Source of the DNA: Podarcis pityusensis
Taxonomy: Eukaryota
Length of the DNA: 64,000 nucleotides
NCBI GenBank assembly: GCA_964106645.2
Contig: OZ067052.1
Direction: 5' to 3' (one strand)
Each line of letters opens with the position of its first letter. Position 1 is the first letter of the stretch. The notes under the pieces were generated by a model. It was not told where the DNA came from. It saw nothing but the letters and a program-made list of their open reading frames with translations, and made no database searches. The translations under genes were made by a program, and so were the position numbers. Positions 20,914-32,900 of the stretch are shown here, piece after piece.

Positions 20914-23900
20914 ATGGCTCCAGCACGCGTGTGGCTTCTGCTGCCCCTCCTCCTGCTGGCTTCCCTGCCTGCGCACTTGGGTAGGTGCCTCTCCCGCCCC
21001 CGTGGAAGGACCTGGGAAAGATCTTGGTGGTTTTGCAAGTTGCCGAAGAATCAGGCTTGCTAAGCGGAGTTGGGCAGGAGCGAGCCCTTTGGTCGCATGG
21101 TTGCATCCGACTCGCCTCAGAATCATAGAATGGTGGTGTTGGAAGGAACCACTAGGATCATCTAGTCCAGGGTTTCCCAAACTTGGATCGCCAGCTGATA
21201 TTGGACTTCCAACTCCCATCATCCCTATCCTTTAGGACCAGTGGTCAGGGGTGTGGGAACTGTAGTCCAAAGACACCTGGAGACCCAAATTTGGGGAACC
21301 CTGATAAAGCCCAACCACCTGCAATGCAGGAATCTCTTGCCCAGCATGGGGCTCGAAACCACAACGACTGAGCTGACTGTCTGAAAAGCTAACGTGTATC
21401 CTGTAGGTGGGCGGGACGAAACTGACCAGCAGGAAGGGCCGAGTGATCCTTGGATGCTTCTGTGCACACCTTGAGGTAGCCCTTAGGTGACAGTCTGTCA
21501 TGTCCCTGAGAGTGAAAGCATTTCCATTTTAGCTGGTGTTGGACTCATTATGAACTATTGGAATGCAGAAACTGGCTGTGGGACCTGATGGAGACAACTT
21601 TTCTAAAGGATGTTGCTGATGCTGCACTACATTTACTTATTTATTTGGTGGTGGCATGTTTCATTTGCCACCTCCTGTAGAAAATGTGTGTCAACATTTA
21701 AGCCTTACAAAATGTGTTGCATAAAGAAAGAGGAACCAGCTGTACGTTCTTGCATATCTTTTTTTTACCAGTTTAGTTCTTGAAAAGAGGCACTTTCAGT
21801 GATGTAAATGATAGCCCATTTTAGGTTCAGAGACCATATTAGGAGAGGTGTTGATTATGGCAGGCATTGCTATAATTTGCAGGGAGCTTTTGGGGCCCCT
21901 GGATATTAGATTTATTGGTATTGATATGGGGTCCATTGGCAAGAATAATAGCTCCTTGTTTTTGTAGGCATCCAGCAGAGGTTCAGTTTTTTTATTCAGA
22001 CCTATGCCATAACTTGTGTTTACCAAAACTAACTTTAAAGTAAATAGAGAGCCATTTTTCAAAATAAAATTGATAATGTTGTAACCCTTTTTTCTTGGAT
22101 TTTGACGTCAGATATTTATCTGCCATTTGTAACCTCTAGGCTAGGCTACTAAGTATTTGGCATGGGGGGCACTATCCTTGGAGATTTCATAAGTATCAGC
22201 TAGTGCAGAATGGGGCAGGCTGTTGAGTTATCAGGAACATGTTAGCGACTTGTGTGCCATTGGCTCCACCTCCAGGTAGCCTTCTATTGCAGGATTCACA
22301 ATTCAACCTGGATGGCGTTTGAGCCTGTGTTTGAGGATCTTAGTGGTTTGGGCCCAATGTGTCTTAGAGGCCAGGTGCCCTTTAAAACCAGTTCAGGGCC
22401 TCCCTTGGCTATGCTGTCAGTGCCACATGTCCATAAGGCACATATTGACTACCTTGAAGTCTGTTTGGAAACCCCCATTCATACTGTTAGATAGCTATGT
22501 TGGACTGGGCATTATTTATTGTATTATGCTTCTGTGATGCCAACCACAGTAGCTCGCAGTCCATTTTCAGGTCCAGTTCAAGTGCTGTTTTTCACCTTCA
22601 AAACCCTTCATGTCTTATGGCTGGACTATTTAAAGGACTGAGTACTTCCCTAGTACTCATTAATTCCATAAATTAATATATTCATTGGAGGGTCTCCTGT
22701 AGGTGCCCCCATATCTATGGTGAAGCAAGTAGCTACCAGAGAGAAGGCCTTCTGGGTGGGTCTCTGGAATCTAGTTTATTTTTCTTTTAGTAGCAGGAAA
22801 GATGCCTCCTAATTTCCATGTAGACATAGTTTTAATTCTTCTGGTTGTTTTATTATGCTCTTACTACTTTGTAGCTTTTAGCTTTATAATTTTATTTGCA
22901 TTTTGATTGTGTGTTTGTTTTTTCTATTTACTTTCTATAAACCTCCCTGGGAATATGGTTGAAGGATGCTTAAAAAATACTTAGCGATAAAGAGATGTTT
23001 TGAGATGTTTCGCTACAAATGAGATGCTTTGGATGATACAGTACTGTGAAACTTTCTTCTGGTGGAGTCCTCCGGGTGTGCTGTAACACATCTGTGTTTA
23101 GACTGGCTTTTTGATTCAGCTAAGCATTAGAAATTGGAAGGAGGCTGGGCTGGAGGGTATTGTCTGAGGTTCTTCCTGGAAGAAAGTACATTTGACACAA
23201 TACTTTTGTTCCACAGATTCATTGGCTGTGATGTCAGTGGACATGGGTAGTGAATCTATGAAGATCGCCATTGTGAAGCCTGGGGTGCCAATGGAAATTG
23301 TCTTAAACAAGTGAGTGGGCTAAATATGTGCTGCAATGAATGTGACTGTGGCAACAACTGTTTTGGAGGGCTTGACACATCAAAGAATTGTAAAGGTGCC
23401 CCAAGGTTCATCCGGTCCAACCACTTACAGTGCAGGAATAAATCCATGTCTTAGTGGTGCAGTACAGAAGATACGGGGCAGTTTCCCATAGGTGTAACTT
23501 CCTTTTGCCCTTACTTATTGTTCCCTAATCTTAGATGTGGTTATTTAGAAGAGACTCCACTGCGTTTCTCTTCACCTGTTCCAGTGCTGAATCCTGGCAT
23601 TGAAAACCAGTTCTGCATTTCTCCAAGGAACCCAGAAGTTAGACCCCAGGAATCTCTGGGGCAGGGCCATTGTGCAATGCACCTGCTTTGCTTGTAGGAG
23701 GTCACGTATTCAATCCCAGGCATCTCCTGCTTAAATTTATTAGGAACCAAACGATCGGAATAGTGTGCCTCTGTCTGAGGCCCTGGAGAACCACTGCAGA
23801 CCTGAGTCAGAAATATTGCTTCAGCTAGATGAATAAATAGCCTAGCCTGGTTGTTAGACAACTTCCTATCTCCCCAGGAAACAGTTCTAGTTTAACTTTT

Positions 23901-26900
23901 CTTGTTGTTCTAGGGAATCTCGGAGAAAAACACCAGTGGCTGTAACTCTAAAGGAGAATGAGCGCCTCTTTGGTGACAATGCCGTGGGAATGGTAAGTCC
24001 CTCAGATGTCCACTCACACATCCCCTCTGCCTTTTCTATACTTTGTACCAAGAGTATTTATTTGCATACACAGCTTGTTCTTCTGGGGTCCTGTCTCTGC
24101 TGCACCTTCCTCTTTACACTTTCAGCTTCAATAACATGTTCCTCCCCACTGAGATTTGTTGAAGAGACAGTACTACAAGTCCTCTTTGGCAGGTTATCTC
24201 ATGTTCCAGAGAAGGACTTTTCCAGTGCTGGCATGCGGTGACTTTTTGGGTTTTGGAAACAGAGGCTCCGAAATGCCACTTTGGGTATTTTCAGTAGTTG
24301 AGTTGTTGAGGGTTTCTGGCGTGTATGCCTTTTTAAAAGAAATTTATGGGGGATAGGTGAACATTCCGGAGGAATCAGCATGGTTGTGTGTTTTTCCTGT
24401 TTTTTTAATAGGGCATCAAGAACCCAAAAGTGGCTTTCCGGTATTTCCAGGATCTCCTGGGCAAGCGCATTGATAACCCACAAGTGACCATGTACCAGTC
24501 ACGGTTCCCAGAACATGAGCTGGTGAAAGATGCAAGGAGGGAGACAGTCAGTTTCAAGCTGTCAGAGTACGTTTCCACTTTGAGGTTTGCCACGTGGCAC
24601 TGCTGAGCAAGAAAGGTTGTGGCATCTTTCTGTAAGCCACTTTGGGAGTACTGCTGCATAGATTTGGTTGGCCAAATGCCATGGTCAGCTTGTATTTGGT
24701 ATGTGCCCTGATAAGGGGCAAGTGGTTTGTGGAAGTGATGAGGTCCACTCATGCTCAAAAGATGCATTTCACAGCTGGGATCAGGAATTTAGAATTGATC
24801 ATTCTTGTTCTTCCTTGCAGCAAATTGCAGTATACTCCAGAAGAGATCCTGGGCATGGTGCTCAACTATTCTCGGGCACTGGCAGAGGAATTTGCAGGTT
24901 AGAAATGACTCTTGAGTGTTTGAGGCACAAGAGTTGTCTTTCCTTCTTTGGTCAGCAAGGATATGAGTAAAAATATGCCTGAACCAGGAGCTCACACCAT
25001 ACCTTCTCCTTATCTTACAGAACAGCCTGTCAAGGATGCTGTGATCACTGTCCCTGCCTACTTCAACCAGGCGGAGAGGAGAGCGGTCCTGCATGCAGCA
25101 AAAATGGCAGATCTCAAGGTTTTGCAGCTCATCAATGATAACACAGCTGTGGCTTTGAACTATGGGGTGTTCCGAAGGAAGGACATCAACGCTACAGCCC
25201 AGGTGCTTGTAACTGGAGGGTTTGGGAGGGGGGAGGTTTTTACCCAGGGCTCAAGCTCATTGTGCCTCTGTAACCTTACCTAGAAACCACAGGGAATTTG
25301 GGCAGGGCAGTCTTCTTGGTCAATGAGAGCTGCCTGTTTGAATCCAAACTTTTATGTGAATCCAAACTTTTATGTACCGGTTCCGCATTCCCCTAATTCC
25401 AGCTAGCCACATACACAAGCGAGCAGGGCCCTCTCACCTGTCAGTCATCTGATATTACTATGAAATCTAGTGACCAACTTATCCTTTGTAGCAAGGCAAG
25501 CTGTGTTACCAAAGCCAAGCCAAGTTTCAAGTTAGTACCTACTGGCCAATAGGCAGTGACTCCAAACCTGCTTTCTGCAGGTTTGACTACAGATTGGCTC
25601 TGTGACTTGAGCTTCCTCTGGAGAACTTGGTTGCACATCCAATCCACTGGGCTTGGAGTCACCAAGGCCACAGGTGGACACTTGAGGCCTGTTAGAGTTC
25701 CACATGCCTGCTTTGTCTGTCAGTTGATTGACGTGGACAGGAAGCCTCCCTTGCCAATGCACAATCTGGAGCATTCGTCAGGACTCCCAATATAGCATCT
25801 TGTCAGCTGCATCTTTACCTGTCTCCCACCTGACATCACACATGACATCTGGTGTGGGGCTGGTGGGCATACTTGGCAGAAAACAGCCTCATGGGCCAAT
25901 TTTGGACCCATATTAGGTCTAATTAGGCCTGCAGGCTGGAGGGCTGACCCACCTCTGGACCAGATGAACAAACAGTCTGACTATTATTATTATTATTATT
26001 ATATCCCACCCATCTAATTGGGTTGCCCCAGCCACTCTGACAACTTCATACTCTTGTATATATTTTTAAGCTTGGAGACTGCTGATCTGACTTCCCACAG
26101 ACATTCATGTACCATCCTTCAGACTGTGATACCTCCGTGCCTGCTGTTGCCTGCTGTCTTTAGCATTGATTCTTTCTTGATTTCCAGAATATTATGTTTT
26201 ATGACATGGGAGCAGGCAGCACTGTGTGTACCATCGTGACTTACCAAGCAGTGAAAACCAAGGACTCGGGAACCCAGCCTCAGCTTCAGATTCGGGGTGT
26301 TGGGTAAGAGCTTGATTCTTGGAATTAAATTTGCTAGAGAGTCAGGAGAGAGCAGGAAAGGTTCAAACTGGGAGGTGTATTGCACAAAGCAGAATCAAAC
26401 AAATTCATAATGGAACATGTTGGCTAGGTCCTAGCTGGAGTCAACATGCCTCTCCCCCCCCCCTTCTTTTTATAGTGATTTCCTGGGAATGGCAAATGTG
26501 GAGAGTGCTATTGCATTTGTTTCCTATTTGATGGTTGCCCATAAGCCACTGTAAGATTGGGATGCTGGATTTGGATGGACATGTGGTCTGATCTGGCTGC
26601 AGGGCTCTTGTGGAAGGATGTTTAGAAAACCAAAATGCTGGTTTTGGGGTGGGAGGGAATAGAGAGATATCAAGCTTGTTAAGAGGAGTGGTAGCTGGAG
26701 AGGTAGTTGCTGGGCTTCTTTGCAAAGGGGCTGCTGGCTTGAGTAGCTGCTTCCACTGCATACCTCGTCTTCCTCCTCAGATTTGATCGCACACTGGGAG
26801 GGCTGGAGATGGAGCTGCGCCTCCGTGACCATCTGGCCAAACTCTTCAATCAGCAAAATCCATCAAAGGATGTCCGGAAAAATCTCCGGGCCATGGCCAA

Positions 26901-29900
26901 GCTGCTAAAGGAAGCCAATCGCGTGAAAACAGTACTAAGTGCCAATGCTGACCATGTGGCGCAGGTAGGTTGTGTGTGTATCATTTGGTGTGGCATGGGT
27001 GCATGGAAAATGCCTAACCTTTGTAGTCTGCTATAGTCAATTGTAAGCAGCTATCTGCTTACATGTAGATGAAAAGCTTCTACATTTCATTAAGGTCTTA
27101 TCCTGTTTTGAAGGCACAGTAGAAGCAGTTTGGTGGCTTCAGAGAGGAAATGCTGCATGTGTCTGTGAGATAAGATGCTCTTGGTTTCTCTCCCTAGATC
27201 GAGGGCTTGCTGGATGACATTGACTTCAAGGCCAAAGTTTCACGGCAGGAATTGGAGGAGCTGTGCTCTGATTTGTTCCAGCGGGTTGCAGGACCTGTGC
27301 AGCAGGCGGTCACCAGTGCTGAGATTGGTTTGGTAAGTGCGGATGGTTTTGTTACAAGGTCTCTCGTTTTCACCAAACAACGTGAATTCCACAGCACAGG
27401 CCATGGTGGGAAGCACTTACTGCTCCTTCCAGGCCACCTACATCTGTGCAAGCAGAACTCTTAGATTCAGAAAGTGTAACAGAGTTCAAGCTCAGAGAGT
27501 CAGACCTTGTTATCTTTCCCCAATTCCCAGAATGAAATTGACCAGGTGATCCTTGTCGGTGGTGCCACTCGTGTCCCAAAAGTGCAGGAATTTCTGCTAA
27601 AGGCAGTTGGCAAGTAAGCATCAGCCCAGTTTTGGTGGTACTTTCCGCCTCCCACCCCTCAAAATATTCTCTGTCCAGAGCAGGGTAGCATCTAATCATT
27701 CTTCTGTTGACAACACAGGGATGAGCTGGGCAAGAACATCAATGCAGATGAAGCAGCTGCAATGGGCGCTGTCTACCAAGCAGCTGCCTTGAGCAAAGCC
27801 TTTAAGGTGAAGCCTTTCATTGTCCGTGATGCAGCTGTTTTCCCCATCCAGGTGAGCTGTGGTTCATTACCAAGTATCAGAGTGCTGTGGATTTCAGGGA
27901 GAGGGTTGGTAAAAAGCCTATCTTGGCATTCTGTCTCAAGTGCTGATCTTTGTCCCTTAATGACAAGACGCCTGTTGGCATGCAATTGGCTCTCCCGTGG
28001 TAGAATCTGGAAGAGGTACAGTCTGTGCTTTATCCTCTCCTAACCTTAGGTTGAGTTCACCCGTGAGGTAGAAGAGGAGGATAAATCCAAGAGCCTTAAG
28101 CACAACCGGCGGATCCTGTTCCAGCGCATGGCTCCGTATCCCCAACGGAAGGTCATCACCTTCAACCGATACACAGATGACTTTGAGTTCCATGTCAACT
28201 ACGCAGATATGGGCTTTCTGGGTGACAGTGACTTGAAGTGAGTGCAGTTGTGGGTCAGCCACAAAAACAGAACATGTTGGTTCTTACTTTCCTTTCCCCT
28301 TTTGTTATGGTAGTTACAGCTGCCCGGGAATTTGGTCTAAGGAGGGAAGAATTGACGGGGTTTGCTTAAAGAACAAAAGCAAAACATGACAGAGGGTGGA
28401 ATAGCTGGATATTACTCTTTATTGAAAATTTGATTGTTTTGAGGAACTCTTGTATGTGGTAGCTGGAAGTCCCTTTTACTTATTTTTGTTATCTTTTTGT
28501 TTATCTTTCTATTCTGTTATTATTTCCTTAAATATTCTTTTTCTTTTCTTTTCTTTTCTTTCTTTTGTTTCTGCTTTGGTCTGGTCTTCTATTGTATTTT
28601 GAAAAGTCCTAATAAAACCCTTTTTTTAAAAAAGGCTTAACTTGACTCATGTTCTCAGAGTTTATGATTCTGCCTGAACTCAGCTTTATGTCAGTGGCTA
28701 CGGCTTTGGGAACTCAAATTTGTTCTCGGCTGTTTGAACTTGTGCCCTTGCAGCTGAGTATCCAGGAAATAAAATATCTATATTACTGCCCTTCAGTGTT
28801 TCTACAAGGTTTTGTGATTTCTGTGGTAGAGCTAGAGAATGGGAACAGAAAGGAGGGTTGGCCAGCCGCTGTGCTCACCCATCCCAATGTGTGTCCTCGT
28901 GTGGTTCCTGCAGAGCTTTCGGGTCCTTGAATCTCACAAGGGTGAAGCTGCAAGGAGTGGGCGAGAGCTTCAAGAAACATTTGGATTATGAGTCCAAAGG
29001 CATCAAGGCTCATTTCAACATGGACGAGAGTGGTGTGCTGAGCCTCGATCGTGTAAGTACCGCTTCAATGCCCTTCATCTCTGGCTTACTTGCTGGACCT
29101 TCCAATCTCATTCTGCTCCATGTGTTGTCTCCCAGGTAGAATCTGTGTTTGAGACTCTGGTGGAGGACAAGCCAGAGGAGGAATCCACGCTAACAAGTGA
29201 GTTGGTTGGGTTGCAGCAACAGCTCTTCTCGTACCATGTAGGCAGTTTGACTTAATCTGCCCCTTCCCAGTTTTCAGCATCATTTTGAGTGGTCGGAAAT
29301 GAGACCTTTCCAACTCTTTGCCCCTCAGCTTTCCCAACCAAGCAAGCTGCGGTTGCAAGGACTGGTTCCTTGGGGTGGGGCCTCTCTGTTCTTGGCTACC
29401 TTTAGTAATCCGGTATGCTGGAGAAACAAGGCAGTGTACACACCACGACACTTGGCACTCGGAGACATGGAGGTTTTACATTCGTTGAGGGTGTTGTAGT
29501 TTTTACAGCTGTAGGGGCAGAGGTGACCCATGCTATTTTGCCAGCCGACACCCACCCCAAGAGGCTGCCACATAGATTATGAAGGCTTTCACTAAGCAGA
29601 CACAAAGATCTGTCCCTTACCACAGAGGGGATGGTCAGGTGGCAGACAGGAGCTGGGTTTTCTGTGTGTAGAACCCAAACCTTTCTTAAGTATGTTTCTT
29701 CTTTCGAACAGAGCTTGGGAACACCATCTCTAGTCTCTTTGGAGGAGGGAGCCCTGTGCCAGAAGCACCTGAAAACTTGACTGAGACTGTTCAGGTGAGC
29801 TCTGTTCTGTGGAGAACCTGCCAGCAAGATGCAGGATTTGAGCCTAATGCAAATGTCAGCAGGGACTTGAAAAGGGGTACAAATATGAAAAAAGATCAGG

Positions 29901-32900
29901 GGTGGATCCTGGTATTAGTCTCAAGAGTTCTGTGAACCTGTTCAATGGCACTTTGTTCTTGGCTAAAACCATAATAAATACTTAAGAGTCAGAAGGATTC
30001 CATGACAAGTGTCTGTCGCAGCAGAGCTTGTAGCTGGACCTGCTGGGTCCCTTCAGAGTCATGCCTGTCTTAGCTGAAGAAGCCTAGCTGCACAAGGTTC
30101 TTATAACACCCTTGGGAATTTCCCTTCTGTTGCCCAGGAGGAAGAGGAGAGCCAAGCGGAAGTGGGTAAGGAGGACCAGAAGGATGACAATGGGGCTGCT
30201 AGTGAGGAGGAAGAAAGGCAGCCAACGCCATCCCCATCTCAGGAAAAAGCTGCTGAAGATGCTTCAGCTGAGGACCAACAAGAGGAAGGAAGAGAGAAAT
30301 CTGACTCCCAGGTGAGCAAGCAGTGAGCAGGGTCACTGAACAGCCTCCCCCCCCCCTTTTATCCAATAGGAGACAAATGAGAAGGCGTCCGTAGGGGTGA
30401 AATTATTGTGGGGAACAGTACTTTTTCACGTTTCAAATCCCCTGAACCACTGTTGTCTACTTATTGGAGAGGGTGGGAAACTTCCTTTTAAGGTCTGGTG
30501 CCTATGGGGTTGTGTGAGAATTCTCCTGAAAACTTGGCATCTACATGGTTCTGAGCATGGCTGAATCCAGGGCCATTACAAAACCTTTTGCTACCTGAAG
30601 CAAATACGGTGGTTTCCACCAACAACAAATTGTACATACAAACTCTGACTGGACCAGCAGTTGAATTTTTTATTTCATTGTTGCCAGTGGAATAATGCTC
30701 TCCACCAACCCTGAGGGCAACAGTAGTTATGCAGGTACAGATCTTACAACAGAAAGATATGGCCAGGGAACTCAGAAGGAATGGGGTTGTTAGGTAGCTG
30801 TTACCAGAAGTTAGCACTTGAGGTAGTTGCCTCTCTTCCTAATGGCAGGGCCGGCCCAGCTTAAATTTAAAATTAAAGCAAACCTGTCAAATGTTGGCTC
30901 TAGCTGGTGGCTGAAAACAGCCCCCTGTTAGTCCTGGAATTGCTCCCATCTAGGAAGCCCAAGAGAAGACAGATACTGGGAAGGATGAAGAGCCTACAAA
31001 GAGCCCCGAGAGCAATGGTGCCAAAGCAGCCGAGGAGGAGGAGAAAAAGCTGAAGCCGCCAAAGAAACAAAAGCTGGTGGAAGAGATTGCAGTTGAGTTG
31101 GATGTGAATGATGTGCCAGAGTTGCTGCCAGAAGAATTGCAGGACTCCATTAAGAAGTAGGTGGATCTTCAGGGCTGCCTCTGCCCCCTAGCTGTGGGCT
31201 GGGATGAGACTGCTTGCAGTCAGTACATGGGGATGCTTTTTGTCTTCTCCCATTCAGAGAAGGTGACCTTGGGTACCTTGTTCTTCCCACCTTTTTCTAA
31301 CATCAGGTTGCAAGAATTGACTGAAAGAGACATAGCAAAGCATGAGAGGGAAAAGTCAGCCAATGGCCTTGAGGCCTTCATCTTTGAGACTCAGGTAGGT
31401 CCTGGGAAAAGGATCAGAGGGCATAGATTGCTTTAGCGGGTTCATCTTGTTGCCGATGATCCCACCCCCATAAAATTATTTCTCTGCTGCCGTATAAAAG
31501 TTGCAGCACTATTGCAATTTGAGCTGTAAGAAAATTTGGAATAGGTCAGGGAGGCTGCCGTGTCGCCTTTGGCTAAATTTCTGTCAGGAGGACGAGCGAA
31601 CAAAGCCTAAGACTCCTGTTTGGTGAATGTTCCCATAAGTGACAAGAACTTCAGAGAGATTGATTTTGTGTGTGTCTTTTTTACCAGGATAAGCTACAAC
31701 AGGAGGAGTATAAGTTTGTTTCAACAGAAGAAGAGCGAGAGGAAATTTCCAAGAAGCTGAGCGAAGCTTCCAACTGGATGGAAGAGGAAGGCTATACAGC
31801 CACAACTAAGGTTGGGGCACCACTTTGAACTGATAATATCTTTTTCAGGGGAAACTTCTCTGTATTGTAAGGCTAAAGATTCTCAGAGTGTGTTTCATGT
31901 GGGTTATCTGGACTACAGTAGTGTCTTTCCCTTGCCAAAAGCATTTTAGAAATTTTTGCCAGTATGTTTTGTCAGAAACGGAAGAAGGTGACTTGCTATG
32001 GTTGATGAGAACAACTTTAAACTTCCTTGACTGCACTGCCTTCTGGGCAATGGCAAAATACTTTGTCATTCATAGCTGCAAACATTGTGCGGGATTCCCG
32101 TGGTCTGCATGTCTGACCAACCTGCAAGTGTCACACTTGGCTTGTGTGTCCTCTTAACTTTGGGACGGGGGTTTGAACTCCCTGGGAACTGGATGCCCTA
32201 ATAATAGCTTAGCTGTCACTGTGGAGACTCCAGGGCGGAGTTCTAGTGTGTCTCCAGGCAGGCTCAGTTTGTGGATGTTTAACCCCTACTTCCTGAATTT
32301 CCAAACCATCAGTAATCTTTGCAAGATGATATATGTGTCCGAGGCAGAATTTTAGTTTTTTAACTTCTATTCCAATTCACAGGAGCTGAAAGAGAGGCTC
32401 TCTGAACTGAAGAAGCTGTGTCGGAGCCTTTTCTTCCGTGTGGAGGAGAGAAGGAAGTGGCCAGACCGTCTAGCTACCCTAGAAAGCTTGCTCAATCACT
32501 CCAATATTTTCCTCAAGTACGAGCAACCAAGATGTCTTTAGTAGGAGAGGAGGGGACTTGGGTTGGGGCAGAGGGGATTGCCTCACTTACACTAGCAGCT
32601 GAGATCAGCGCTCTCTGGAACCAAAGGGTGTGCATGGGGAGCTGTGCAATGCAGCTGTTTAAATCTCAGCAAGGCAACCAGTGTACCACACAAAAGTTTT
32701 ATTTTAATAAGCCTTGTTCTCAAGCTGATAGTGGAACTCATGGAAGAATAGCAACCGGTTCCAGTGCTGTAGCGTCCTCTTGCTAAAAGTTATATATGAA
32801 AATGGTCTCCATTTGTGAGAAGTTGAGTTTCTTAGCATGGAACGCTAAACTCTTACCCATGAGAGTTGCTTTCCAAATCTCTGCTACTTTGAAAGGAAGT

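Noticed and set aside
20243-21235. Several long Arg/Gly/Pro-rich ORFs on both strands
   Set aside because: GC-rich CpG islands are poor in stop codons; only the HYOU1 signal-peptide exon has support. The same applies to 4882-5647, 38609-39700 and 56688-58106.
21796-22062. ORF with a T-x-x-x-x-GLN motif reminiscent of a Penelope GIY-YIG end
   Set aside because: Too short and degenerate to support without a profile search.
25340-25376. 18-bp tandem duplication (gaatccaaacttttatgt x2); a similar small duplication at about 13090-13150
   Set aside because: Ordinary slippage duplications in introns with no sign of function.
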